Positions 39,431 through 48,704 of a DNA stretch of 64,000 nucleotides are shown here, in pieces; the stretch's first letter is position 1; each line of letters starts with the position of its first letter. The position numbers and the translations under genes were made by a program. Source of the DNA: Bacilli bacterium (GTDB lineage Bacteria; Bacillota_I; Bacilli_A; RFN20; CAG-826). The stretch covers positions 31,993-95,992 of the forward strand of contig JAKSUW010000002.1 in NCBI GenBank assembly GCA_024408565.1, given 5' to 3'. Below the pieces are notes generated by a model, which saw only the letters and a list, made by a program, of their open reading frames with translations, was not told where the DNA came from and did no database searches.

Positions 39431-41455
39431 ATGAAAAGAACGTATCGGCGAATTCGTATTTACTTCACTATCTTTGCGGTAGCGGAACTTTTAGCCATTA
39501 CCTTTTTATCCCTTTTTTATCACTTTAACTGGTTTAATTTTCAAGATGTCTTTACTGGGCTAAACGCATTAGCGGCGGTGTTAGTAGTTATCGCGGTTAA
39601 TATCATTGCACTTGGTTTTACCATCATGCATTTATATTATCTCCGCCAAAAGAGCGATCTCCACGCTGCCGAACTCATTGGTAGCGATATCCAAGAAGCT
39701 TATAACTTTGGCATGATTGGTTTAGCAATTGTTGATGATGAAGATACCGTCTTATGGACCAACGAACTATTCCATAGTCGGGGGATTAAAATCCTTGATG
39801 AAAATATTTTTGCGTGGAGTCCACGCTTAAAAGAATTAAAGAACGCCGCACCTAACTTCATGGTGCGGATTAACCATAATTCCCGTTGCTACGAAGTCAA
39901 ATACCTTAAAGAAGCGAAACTCTACATCTTTAAAGACATCACTGAACTTGAATCAGCGACCACTTACGCGAAAGAAAAAGCACCAGTGGTGGGCTTAATT
40001 ATTATCGATAACTTATCCGATGTCGCGGATAGTAGCGATGATAGTAATGACACGATTAGTAAAATCCGGAACGAAATCTTTGAATACGCGAAAGCGCACC
40101 GGCTTTTATTAAGACGTTTCCGGAACGATGCTTATTTCGCGGTGTGCGATTTTACCGCACTTGAATCAATGCTTAAAGACCAATTCTCCATTATCGAGAA
40201 TGTCCGGAAGATTGGCGCTAAAGAAGTCACGCCACCAACTTTATCAATTGGTTTTGCCTATGACTTCCCGGATGTTAATAAATTAAACGAAATGGCTAAT
40301 GATGCGATTGATATTGCGATGAGCCGTGGTGGTGACCAAGCGGTGGTCTCGCGTTATGGAGCGGAACTGGCTTTCTATGGCGGACGGACCGAAGCCTCTG
40401 AGACAAGAAACAAAGTGAAGGTTCGGGTTTTAGCGGACTCTTTAATTGCGAGTATTAAGTTAGCGAAGTCCGTTTTAGTCTTAGGCCATGCGGATGCCGA
40501 TATGGACGCTTTAGGTAGTTGTCTAGGAATTAAGGCGATGTGTGATCATTTAGAAAAACCATGTCGCATTGTCTATGATCCAAAAATGATTGAAAGAAAA
40601 GCCCGCGCGGCCTTTATTAACTCCTTCACTCGTGAAGAAATTAACAAGATGATTATTCCGCCGAAAGAAGCGGCTGATAAAGTTAAGAGTACCACATTAG
40701 TGATTTTAGTTGATTGCCACCGGCCGAGTCTCTCCTTAGCACCTAAGCTCTTAGATAAAGCCGATAAGATTGTGGTTATCGATCATCACCGGCGGAGCAA
40801 AGAATTCGTGGAGGATCCTGTGTTTACCTATATTGAACCAAGTGCCTCTAGTGCTTCCGAATTAATTAGTGAATTAATCCACTACGCTTCGCTTAACCCA
40901 CATATTAAGATCCCCCCTGCTTTCGCGACGATTATGCTTTCGGGTATCTTCCTTGATTCCAACTTCTTTAAAACCAAGACGACTGGTATTCGGACCTTTG
41001 AAGCTAGTATGTTATTAAAAGAATTTGGTGCGGATAACGCCCAAGCGGATGACTTCTTAAAAGATGAATTTGAAGAATATTCATTAATTACCCAAATTGC
41101 TTCAACTTTAAAGACGCCCCATGTCGGTGTTGTCTATTGTATGGCTAGCGAAGAAGACATTGTGGAACCCGCTACCTTAGCGAAGGTTGCTAATCAATGT
41201 ATGCAAATGAAAGGTGTCAATGCTGCGTTTGTTATTGGTAAGGTGAACGAAGATGAATCCCGCATCTCTTGTCGGAGTGATGGCACGATTAACGTTCAAC
41301 TCTTAGCCGAAAAGATGGGAGGCGGTGGTCACTTCTCAGCGGGTGCCGTCCCCTTAAAGAACAAGAGCATTCATGAAGGCGAAGTTTTATTACTTGAAAT
41401 CTTAAGAGACTATTTAAAACAAGCCACCGCGACCGTGGTTAAAGGAGAAAAATAA
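39431..41455 (+). CDS. gdpP: c-di-AMP phosphodiesterase GdpP (YybT): two N-terminal TM helices, PAS/degenerate GGDEF region, DHH-DHHA1
   Basis: DHH motifs VLGHADADMDALGS and VVIDHHRR. DHHA1 GGGH (MGGGGHFSAGA). Conserved position before rplI-dnaB. Confidence 0.8.
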   Translation: MKRTYRRIRIYFTIFAVAELLAITFLSLFYHFNWFNFQDVFTGLNALAAVLVVIAVNIIALGFTIMHLYYLRQKSDLHAAELIGSDIQEAYNFGMIGLAIVDDEDTVLWTNELFHSRGIKILDENIFAWSPRLKELKNAAPNFMVRINHNSRCYEVKYLKEAKLYIFKDITELESATTYAKEKAPVVGLIIIDNLSDVADSSDDSNDTISKIRNEIFEYAKAHRLLLRRFRNDAYFAVCDFTALESMLKDQFSIIENVRKIGAKEVTPPTLSIGFAYDFPDVNKLNEMANDAIDIAMSRGGDQAVVSRYGAELAFYGGRTEASETRNKVKVRVLADSLIASIKLAKSVLVLGHADADMDALGSCLGIKAMCDHLEKPCRIVYDPKMIERKARAAFINSFTREEINKMIIPPKEAADKVKSTTLVILVDCHRPSLSLAPKLLDKADKIVVIDHHRRSKEFVEDPVFTYIEPSASSASELISELIHYASLNPHIKIPPAFATIMLSGIFLDSNFFKTKTTGIRTFEASMLLKEFGADNAQADDFLKDEFEEYSLITQIASTLKTPHVGVVYCMASEEDIVEPATLAKVANQCMQMKGVNAAFVIGKVNEDESRISCRSDGTINVQLLAEKMGGGGHFSAGAVPLKNKSIHEGEVLLLEILRDYLKQATATVVKGEK

Positions 41456-41904
41456 TGAAAGTCATCCTTTTAGCCGACGTCAAAAATTTAGGGAAGAAAG
41501 ATCAAATCGTCACCGTGAGTGATGGTTATGCGATGAATTACCTGTTGCCGCGTAAACTCGCTGTGCAAGTAACCGCGACTTCGCAAGCCATCCTTAATCA
41601 ACAAAACGCTGCCCGTGAACAAGCATTTAACCAAAATAAGGCACACGCCTTAGAAGATGCGAAGAAACTAGTGAATATTGTTTTAGAATTTAAAGCGAAA
41701 GCAGCCCCCGATGGTCGAATGACTGGAACCATCTCACCCGTTCAAATCGAAAAGAAATTATTTGATGAACACGCGATTAAAATTGATAAGCGGAAATTTA
41801 TTGATAAGTATCCGGTGAACGCGTTTGGAACTTCACGCCTAAAGATTGAACTATTTAAAGGCGTGATTGCGACCGTGAATGTGCATGTGAGTGAGGAGAA
41901 GTAA
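41455..41904 (+). CDS. rplI: 50S ribosomal protein L9
   Basis: MKVILLADVKNLGKKDQIVTVSDGYAMNYLLP, 149 aa. Confidence 0.9.
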   Translation: MKVILLADVKNLGKKDQIVTVSDGYAMNYLLPRKLAVQVTATSQAILNQQNAAREQAFNQNKAHALEDAKKLVNIVLEFKAKAAPDGRMTGTISPVQIEKKLFDEHAIKIDKRKFIDKYPVNAFGTSRLKIELFKGVIATVNVHVSEEK

Positions 41905-41905
41905 G

Positions 41906-43441
41906 ATGGCCGTAAGTTACGCGAAATTACCCCATAACCCCGAAACCGAAAAAGCGACTCTCGGTTCAGTTTTAATGTCAAAATCCGCTTGTGATGAAAC
42001 TTTATCCACTTTGCAAGTGGAAGATTTCTTTGATGAGAACCACCGGAAGATTTATCAAGCCATTATTAACGTCAACGCGAAAGGCAACGCGGTGGATGTT
42101 CAAACAGTCACTGAAGAATTAAAGAATTTAAAAGCCTTAGAAGATGTTGGTGGGGTTGATTATCTTTATGAATTAACTCAATCAATGTTATCACCTGATA
42201 ACGTTAAAGAATATAACGCGATTCTTAAACAAAATGCGAACCTTCGGAATCTCCTTTTAGCCATGAAAGATATCGAAGAAGATTATCTTAAACGCGATAT
42301 TGATGATTACACTGCCTTTGTAGGCCAAGTGCAAAAGAAAATCGATAAGATTTGTGAAGAAAGAAAGATCTCTAACTTCGCCAGTAGTAAAGAAATTGTT
42401 GATAAAGTGCAACAACAAATCTACACCATTGCGGAGCGGCGGAAAGACCGCGATTGGACTGGTGTTGATACGGGCTTTGGTTTATTAAACTACTACACCA
42501 ATGGCTTACAACCACAAAACTTAATTATTGTTGCTGGCCGACCAGGTTTAGGTAAGACCGCCTTCGCTTTACAACTCGCCTTAAACGCGGCGATGAAAGA
42601 TAAAGTACCCGTGGCTATCTTTGAAATGGAAATGAGTGCGGTTATGCTTTATTCACGTCTACTTTCTAACTTAAGTGATGTAAAGAGCCGGGATATTTTA
42701 AGCGGCAAGTTTGAAACGAAACAAAAAGTGGCGATTAACGAAAACCTTGAGAAATTAGCGAAATTAAAAATCTTCGTCGATGAATCAAGTGCCTTAACGA
42801 TTTACGATATTATCGCGAAAGCCCGGAAATTAAAGAGCGAACAACCGGATTTAGGTTTAATTATTATCGACTACCTTGGTTTAATTGCCTCCGATGCGAA
42901 AAGACGGGGTCGTTATGATTCACGGCAACTCGAAATTCAAGATTACACCCGTTCTCTCCACGAGTTAGCGCGTGATTTAAATATCCCCATTGTCTTACTT
43001 TGTCAGCTCAACCGGAAAGTTGAAGACCGTGGTGAAGGTGGAACACCCCGTTTAAGTGATCTACGTGAATCGGGCGCGATTGAACAAGACGCGGAGATTG
43101 TTTTACTTCTCCACCGGGATGATTATGGTCGTAACGAATTAGTGGAAAAACATGAACGCGAGAAAGCAAAAGCGAAAGATATGTCACCCGAAGCTCGTCG
43201 TGATTTAGTCGCGGTTGCCCAAAAGCGAGTCGAAGAAGAAAACGCGAAAGCGAACCAAGACGAAATGAAAAAGAATTCGCCGATTCTCCATGTCATTATC
43301 GCGAAGAATAGAAACGGCGAAAGTGATCGGACCGTCGATTTAATGTTTGAAAAAGAATATTCTCGGTTCCGGGATGTAAGTAAAGAATACCGCGAACGGA
43401 AGAAACAAATTCTCGGTGCGGATTATTTAGACGAAGAATAA
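41906..43441 (+). CDS. dnaB: Replicative DNA helicase (DnaB family; DnaC of Bacillus)
   Basis: N-terminal primase-interacting domain, Walker A GRPGLGKT, RecA-like core. Contains a ~40-aa K/E-rich insertion between HRDDY and IIAKNRNG. Confidence 0.9.
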   Translation: MAVSYAKLPHNPETEKATLGSVLMSKSACDETLSTLQVEDFFDENHRKIYQAIINVNAKGNAVDVQTVTEELKNLKALEDVGGVDYLYELTQSMLSPDNVKEYNAILKQNANLRNLLLAMKDIEEDYLKRDIDDYTAFVGQVQKKIDKICEERKISNFASSKEIVDKVQQQIYTIAERRKDRDWTGVDTGFGLLNYYTNGLQPQNLIIVAGRPGLGKTAFALQLALNAAMKDKVPVAIFEMEMSAVMLYSRLLSNLSDVKSRDILSGKFETKQKVAINENLEKLAKLKIFVDESSALTIYDIIAKARKLKSEQPDLGLIIIDYLGLIASDAKRRGRYDSRQLEIQDYTRSLHELARDLNIPIVLLCQLNRKVEDRGEGGTPRLSDLRESGAIEQDAEIVLLLHRDDYGRNELVEKHEREKAKAKDMSPEARRDLVAVAQKRVEEENAKANQDEMKKNSPILHVIIAKNRNGESDRTVDLMFEKEYSRFRDVSKEYRERKKQILGADYLDEE

Positions 43442-44190
43442 TGAAGTTTTATATTTTCGCGAGTGGTTCAAAAGGCAACGCGACTTTACTTACTGATGGA
43501 GCGGTCCATATTTTAATTGATCTTGGGATCTCGAAAAAACAATTAGTCGAGCATCTTGCGAAACTTGATTTATCCTTAGATGATTTAGATTTTATTTTGT
43601 TAACGCATGAACACACTGACCACACGAAAGGACTCGAAAATATCAATAATATTGATATCTATGGTGGTGAGAATACATATTTTGCGAATAATTACCATGT
43701 TATTAAACCATATCAACCGTTTCGCTTTCGGCAATTAAGTATTACTCCCATCGCGTTAAGTCATGATGCCCACAACCCTTTAGGTTTTATTTTTAAAAAT
43801 GGCAAAGAAAAATTAGTGTATATTACCGATACTGGTTTTATTAGTGAAAAGAATATGCAGCTAGCGAAAAACGCTGACTACTTTATTATTGAATCAAACC
43901 ACAACCGGGAGATGTTATTAAAGACGCATCGTCCAACGTATGTCAAAGACCGGATTATGTCGGAGTTTGGTCATTTAAGTAATGAAGACTGCGCTTTATA
44001 TTTAAGTGAGATGATTGGACGGAATACGAAACAAGTCTATTTAGCGCATATCTCCATGGAAGCAAATACTTATGAACTCGCGAAAGAAACATGCGTGGCG
44101 TTTTTAAAGAAGCGGCGGGTTGCATTAGATCATTTATTAATTACGGTCGCGAAACAATTTAGCGCGTGTAAGGGTGGTTATGAAGATTAA
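43441..44190 (+). CDS. walJ: MBL-fold metallo-hydrolase (YycJ/WalJ-like)
   Basis: LLTHEHTDHTKGL (HxHxDH motif). Position upstream of rlmH as in Bacillus (yycJ ... rlmH). Confidence 0.65.
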   Translation: MKFYIFASGSKGNATLLTDGAVHILIDLGISKKQLVEHLAKLDLSLDDLDFILLTHEHTDHTKGLENINNIDIYGGENTYFANNYHVIKPYQPFRFRQLSITPIALSHDAHNPLGFIFKNGKEKLVYITDTGFISEKNMQLAKNADYFIIESNHNREMLLKTHRPTYVKDRIMSEFGHLSNEDCALYLSEMIGRNTKQVYLAHISMEANTYELAKETCVAFLKKRRVALDHLLITVAKQFSACKGGYED

Positions 44191-44638
44191 GTTATTAGTA
44201 GTGGGCACCTTAAAAGAAAGATATTTAAAAGACGCGATAAATGAATATCTTAAGCGTCTAAGTAAATACGCGCATATGGAAATCATTGAAGTGAAAGAAG
44301 AAAACGACACCAAAAGTAACGCGAAAACATTAGAAGGCGAATATTTATTAAAGAAGATAGATGCGCGTGATTATGTTGTCGCGTTAACACTAAACGCAAA
44401 AGAATACACAAGCGAAGCTTTAGCGGTATGGCTTGATAAGACATTAACCAAAGCCCGTGGTAATTTAGTGTTAGTGATTGGTGGTTCACTTGGTTTATCT
44501 AATTCACTACTTTCACGAGCGAATGACACATTGTCTTTATCAAAGTTAACCTTTACTCATCAGATGACGCGGTTAATTGTGTTAGAACAACTTTATCGCG
44601 CGTTTAAAATTAATCACCACGAGAAATACCATAAATAG
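44180..44638 (+). CDS. rlmH: 23S rRNA (pseudouridine1915-N3)-methyltransferase RlmH (SPOUT)
   Basis: MKIKLLVVGTLKERYLKDAINEYLKRL...LVIGGSLGL, ~152 aa. Confidence 0.85.
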   Translation: MKIKLLVVGTLKERYLKDAINEYLKRLSKYAHMEIIEVKEENDTKSNAKTLEGEYLLKKIDARDYVVALTLNAKEYTSEALAVWLDKTLTKARGNLVLVIGGSLGLSNSLLSRANDTLSLSKLTFTHQMTRLIVLEQLYRAFKINHHEKYHK

Positions 44639-44669
44639 GCGGTTAGAATTATTCTTAATTCTAAAAATG

Positions 44670-44697
44670 TTGTTATTTTATTAGCAAAAACTATAAT
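44670..44697 (+). promoter_or_regulatory. Putative promoter TTGTTA-16-TATAAT ending 6 nt before the yhhQ ATG (leaderless transcript predicted)
   Basis: Hexamers read in the sequence. No SD before ATG 44704. Confidence 0.4.
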
Positions 44698-44703
44698 AAT
44701 GAT

Positions 44704-45519
44704 ATGCAAAAAGTTTTAACTAAATTAAAATCAATGTTTTGGGGCGATGAACCTTTTCATCGTTCACATTCTACATTGTTTTTAGCGTATGTCGCCATTT
44801 CGACTTTAATGGTAATTTTATCATTAATTTTAGCCCAATTTTCTATGCCGTTTTTTGGCTTAAAAGTTCAAGGATTCCCAATTTTAATCGCCGCTAGTAT
44901 TATTACTTATCCTGTTACTTATATCGTGAGCGATGTAATCAGTGAGTGCTATGGTTTTAGCGCTTCGATTAGAACAGTATGGTTAACTTTTGCCGCGAAT
45001 TTAACTTTTGTTTTGTTTTTAATGATTGGGGCCGTCTTACCGGTTCCCCCCGGATCAAGTTTTGAAATTGTCCAAAAAGGCTTAATTGATTTAATGGGTT
45101 TTGGCTTTCTAAAAGACGGCAAACAAATTGGTGCGTTAGGTGTTTTATTTGCCTCTTTCTTAGCGTTTATCGTTGGCCGTTGGACGGATAGCATTATCTT
45201 CGCTATCTTTAAAAGAAAAGCGGAAAAGAAAGATAGTAAAGGTCTATTTGTGATGCGGGCGGTGGTATCGAGTGTAGTAGGTGAACTAGTTGACTGCGCT
45301 ATCTTTATGCCGTTACTTTATTTATTTACGAATCAATATGGCGATACGGTTAATAGTTTTTGGCAAGTGTTATGCATTATCCTAACATTTACCGCCTTAA
45401 AATTAGTGTATGAAATTGTAGTCTTACCGATTACGATGATTTTGACAAAGAAAACCAAACAATACGAAGCTAAATATCAAGCAAGTATTAAGCCACATAA
45501 ACAAGTAGTAACCAAATAA
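44704..45519 (+). CDS. yhhQ: YhhQ/DUF165-family queuosine-precursor (preQ0/preQ1) transporter
   Basis: ITYPVTYIVSDVISECYGF core motif of the YhhQ family. ~7 TM helices. 271 aa. Confidence 0.65.
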   Translation: MQKVLTKLKSMFWGDEPFHRSHSTLFLAYVAISTLMVILSLILAQFSMPFFGLKVQGFPILIAASIITYPVTYIVSDVISECYGFSASIRTVWLTFAANLTFVLFLMIGAVLPVPPGSSFEIVQKGLIDLMGFGFLKDGKQIGALGVLFASFLAFIVGRWTDSIIFAIFKRKAEKKDSKGLFVMRAVVSSVVGELVDCAIFMPLLYLFTNQYGDTVNSFWQVLCIILTFTALKLVYEIVVLPITMILTKKTKQYEAKYQASIKPHKQVVTK

Positions 45520-45533
45520 GCCTAGATTAATAT

Positions 45534-45872
45534 ATGGATTATCCTGAGTGGTCACAATATCCTAAGCACAATGATTCGAAGTCTTATTTATGTCCAGGCT
45601 ATATTTTAAATCAGGATGCACGCTTTATTATGGAAGGTGCATTTTATACTCAATTATCTAATCTCAAGAGCTTATATCCTGAACGCTACGATGAGATTAT
45701 TAACGCGATTAACCAAACCGTCATCAAAAATAAACGAGTGTTCTTTACTTTAGATATCGAACACCCCTTTATTGATTTGCCTAATTACATATATTTAGAG
45801 ATTACTGATATTCTTGATCCCCTCCGCATCTTTGTCGAAGATAAGTCACGGGGTAGTGATTATGGGGACTAG
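45534..45872 (+). CDS. Hypothetical protein (112 aa), 14 nt downstream of yhhQ
   Basis: No recognisable motif. Soluble. Confidence 0.35.
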   Translation: MDYPEWSQYPKHNDSKSYLCPGYILNQDARFIMEGAFYTQLSNLKSLYPERYDEIINAINQTVIKNKRVFFTLDIEHPFIDLPNYIYLEITDILDPLRIFVEDKSRGSDYGD

Positions 45873-45921
45873 TTTTTTAAATATTATGTTATAATATTAA
45901 AGTTATACAAGGAGTAACCTT

Positions 45922-47049
45922 ATGAAAAAGATGAAATTATTTCTCGCGCCATTACTAGTGCTTCCATTTCTTGCGAGTTGTGGCGGTAATAGTCAATCTG
46001 AAGGTTTCGTGACTGCTACTGAGTTTGAAAGAGCTTTGTCATTTTATGATGCCGAAACTGGAAAGAAACCTGTCCAATTTCTCCAGTCTAAAATGACAGT
46101 GAGTCTTGCCGGAACCGAATATATGTCGCATCAAGTAGAATATTCTCCTACGATTTATCATTCTATTTTAATTCAAAATATAATGACTACGACATATGTT
46201 GAAGATTTTATAAAGAAAAATGATGATAGTTCGTACTATAAAGCATCACGATTGGACAAAAAAGATGATAAATACGGGTTTAATAGAGCTACCGCCGATG
46301 AATTCGGAATACCGACAGTTGATGAAAATATTTGGAAGATGCTTAAGGACCAGGGAATTGGCTACGATAAGTTTAAGTTTGCTAGTGGAGTATTCACTGG
46401 CAATGTCACCATTGTCATCCCTGAGTATCCACAGCCGATTCCTTCAGCCATGACTATTAAGTTTAACGAAAAGAAAGCTGAAAAAGTTGTGTTTGACATG
46501 AGTGAAGCGATGAAAATGGATGCTGTAATGACTCAAACTTACACATACAAAGAGGTGTCGCCTACATTTCCAGAGATGCCTGATAAATTCCAAATGACAT
46601 TCTATGAGGAAGGCGGCTCTGAACCAATTGCCGGTATCACTCAAACCGTTACAATAGATAGTCCCACATTTACATTCCCTGCACACCCATCTAGATCTAA
46701 TTCAGAACAATGGTATAGTGAAGATTTGGACGAATATTATAATCCAGGTACTGTATTGGATTTATCAATAACGGAATCGGGATTACGTGATTATAAGTTC
46801 GAATGGAAAGAACACCCTGTTGAAGAATACACATTCACATTTTATGAAGCAGATGGGGAGACGGTATTTATTACAGACAAAGTTCATCCTGGCGAGTCCT
46901 TTGAATTCCCAGAAGGGCCGACAGAAACGGAAGGATATGCGTGGTATTACGTTAGCAAATGGGAGAGGGGATACGCCAATGTTGGAGCAACTTGGACTAT
47001 TGTGTCAGGAATGGGCGATGTTAATTTTACATGGGCGAAATATGAGTAG
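45922..47049 (+). CDS. Hypothetical lipoprotein (375 aa)
   Basis: MKKMKLFLAPLLVLPFLASCGGNSQS lipobox. RBS AAGGAG. Confidence 0.55.
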   Translation: MKKMKLFLAPLLVLPFLASCGGNSQSEGFVTATEFERALSFYDAETGKKPVQFLQSKMTVSLAGTEYMSHQVEYSPTIYHSILIQNIMTTTYVEDFIKKNDDSSYYKASRLDKKDDKYGFNRATADEFGIPTVDENIWKMLKDQGIGYDKFKFASGVFTGNVTIVIPEYPQPIPSAMTIKFNEKKAEKVVFDMSEAMKMDAVMTQTYTYKEVSPTFPEMPDKFQMTFYEEGGSEPIAGITQTVTIDSPTFTFPAHPSRSNSEQWYSEDLDEYYNPGTVLDLSITESGLRDYKFEWKEHPVEEYTFTFYEADGETVFITDKVHPGESFEFPEGPTETEGYAWYYVSKWERGYANVGATWTIVSGMGDVNFTWAKYE

Positions 47050-47079
47050 TAATTATTTGTCATCTACTCGTCAGCAATG

Positions 47080-47101
47080 AATGTTTTAAAGAAACATTTT
47101 T
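47080..47101 (+). terminator. AT-rich hairpin AATGTTT-taaag-AAACATT + TTTT between convergent genes; weak terminator
   Basis: 7-bp stem with a single G-C pair. U-run only on the plus strand. Confidence 0.35.
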
Positions 47102-47126
47102 AATGGTAGATTAATTTTTACTAAAA

Positions 47127-48266
47127 TTACTTAGGCGCGGGTGTATATCTTAATGTCCGCATACTACACCACATAACTCTGACACCTAAGATTAAGACAA
47201 ACATCATCATTGCTAATGGTTTTAATAAGAAACCAAATAAAGCAATAAGACCGGCTGTTAAGGAACAATAATAAGAAATCTTTTGGCAATCCCAGAAACT
47301 ATAAATCCGGAATGGGTTATTCTTACCACGGGTTAATAAGAAGACCATTAAGCCCATAAAGAGTAAGACACCAACGTTCACACCAATCATAATGCCAGTA
47401 GAACGCCAAGCGCCATTCCAACGCGTAACATTATAGACTTGATCCCAGAACGGAATCCACTTATCAGCAACTTTTGCAGGGTCAAGTGTTGCTAAAGCAT
47501 CATAAATTCCTAAAGTTTCAAAAAGATCACCATTTGGAGTGCTTAAATAGTCGCCACCAACGGAACCCATAATGGAACTATTGCCACGTTGGAAGATATA
47601 ACCATAGATGTTCTTCTTACCAAAGAAGATACAAGAAGTACTACGAGCTAATTTAACTGGATCGCCAAAGTCTTCAGTAGTCTCTTTTCTTGTTTGTTTA
47701 TACTGGAGCCATTTTTTTTCTGGGTGTTCTTCATCCTCACTAGCCCACGGATTAGTGTTATTTAACAAGGCGGTGACATGATCATTAAAGGTTTTATCAT
47801 CCTTGTCTTCAGTTAAGTCGTAAACTTCTAAACACCTAATTGAGTCATATTCTGTGTCTTCTCCATTAGTATAATGGTAATATTTTACGTTAGTATAGTT
47901 CCAAGTTACTTGAGTTTTCTCGTCTTCACTCAGCGTAACATCTTTTTCGCCATCTACAAATACGTTTTTACCCTGAGAAATAGTTAGTGTTTTGTCGGAA
48001 TTAATAGTTATTTTGGCTCCGCCGTTTTCGGCAGTGTAACAAAAATTATATAATCCAGGTTTAAAGTTGTAAGTAATTTCGGAACTGACCCAAGCGCTAC
48101 CACGTTGTTGAAGATTAGTCACTGTCATCGGTAAAACCGAGAAAAAGAGAGCAACTAAGGCAAAGACAACCGCGATGATATTGTATTTCTTCTCACGGGT
48201 TCTCGCGGCCTCAACGCAAGCGTTGTTTGATACTAATGATCTTAAAAGAAGCTTTAAATGTTTCAT
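47127..48266 (-). CDS. Hypothetical membrane protein (N-terminal TM, ~250-aa extracytoplasmic domain, 2-3 C-terminal TM)
   Basis: 379 aa. No recognisable family. Confidence 0.45.
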   Translation of the reverse strand: MKHLKLLLRSLVSNNACVEAARTREKKYNIIAVVFALVALFFSVLPMTVTNLQQRGSAWVSSEITYNFKPGLYNFCYTAENGGAKITINSDKTLTISQGKNVFVDGEKDVTLSEDEKTQVTWNYTNVKYYHYTNGEDTEYDSIRCLEVYDLTEDKDDKTFNDHVTALLNNTNPWASEDEEHPEKKWLQYKQTRKETTEDFGDPVKLARSTSCIFFGKKNIYGYIFQRGNSSIMGSVGGDYLSTPNGDLFETLGIYDALATLDPAKVADKWIPFWDQVYNVTRWNGAWRSTGIMIGVNVGVLLFMGLMVFLLTRGKNNPFRIYSFWDCQKISYYCSLTAGLIALFGFLLKPLAMMMFVLILGVRVMWCSMRTLRYTPAPK

Positions 48267-48401
48267 GTAGGTATTAGTATATTATTTTACGAAAATAATT
48301 TCAATTAGTAATTGTTTGACAAACTAATTCCATTAGTGATATTGTTTTAAGGCACACTTTCTTTGGGTCCGCTGGTGATCCAAGGCAGGAGGAGAAAGAT
48401 T

Positions 48402-48617
48402 ATGAAAAAGGACATTCATCCAAATTATCAACGTTGCAAGGTGACTTGTGTTTCTTGCGGTAACACCTTTGAAACGGGTTCCGTTTTAAAAGAAATTAAG
48501 GTCGATACTTGTAGCAATTGTCACCCCTTCTATACGGGTAAACAAAGATTTGTTCAAGCCGCTGGCCGGGTGGACCGTTTCAATAAGAAGTACGGTTTAA
48601 AGAGTAAGGCCAACTAA
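48402..48617 (+). CDS. rpmE: 50S ribosomal protein L31 (zinc-ribbon type)
   Basis: [21 protein letters not shown]...[12 protein letters not shown] has four Cys. RBS GGAGGAG. The track ORF starts upstream at 48363. Confidence 0.9.
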   Translation: MKKDIHPNYQRCKVTCVSCGNTFETGSVLKEIKVDTCSNCHPFYTGKQRFVQAAGRVDRFNKKYGLKSKAN

Positions 48618-48643
48618 TTCTAAAAGAATTAAAGATAAGAAAT

Positions 48644-48666
48644 GCGGCAAAGGCCGCTTTTCTTTT
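48644..48666 (+). terminator. Rho-independent terminator after rpmE
   Basis: GCGGC-aaag-GCCGC followed by TTTTCTTTT. Confidence 0.75.
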
Positions 48667-48704
48667 ATATAATATATAAATAGTTAGAAAAGGAGTTTTC
48701 TCAT

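Noticed and set aside
44644-44663. Hairpin upstream of yhhQ considered as a preQ1-I riboswitch
   Set aside because: The loop is only 6 nt (ATTCTT), and the conserved loop cytidine and the A-rich tail that pairs with the loop are not recognisable. More likely a plain structural hairpin near the promoter.
48618-48704. T-box leader upstream of metG
   Set aside because: The spacer is only 87 nt and is occupied by the rpmE terminator and promoter. There is no room for a specifier and T-box structure.
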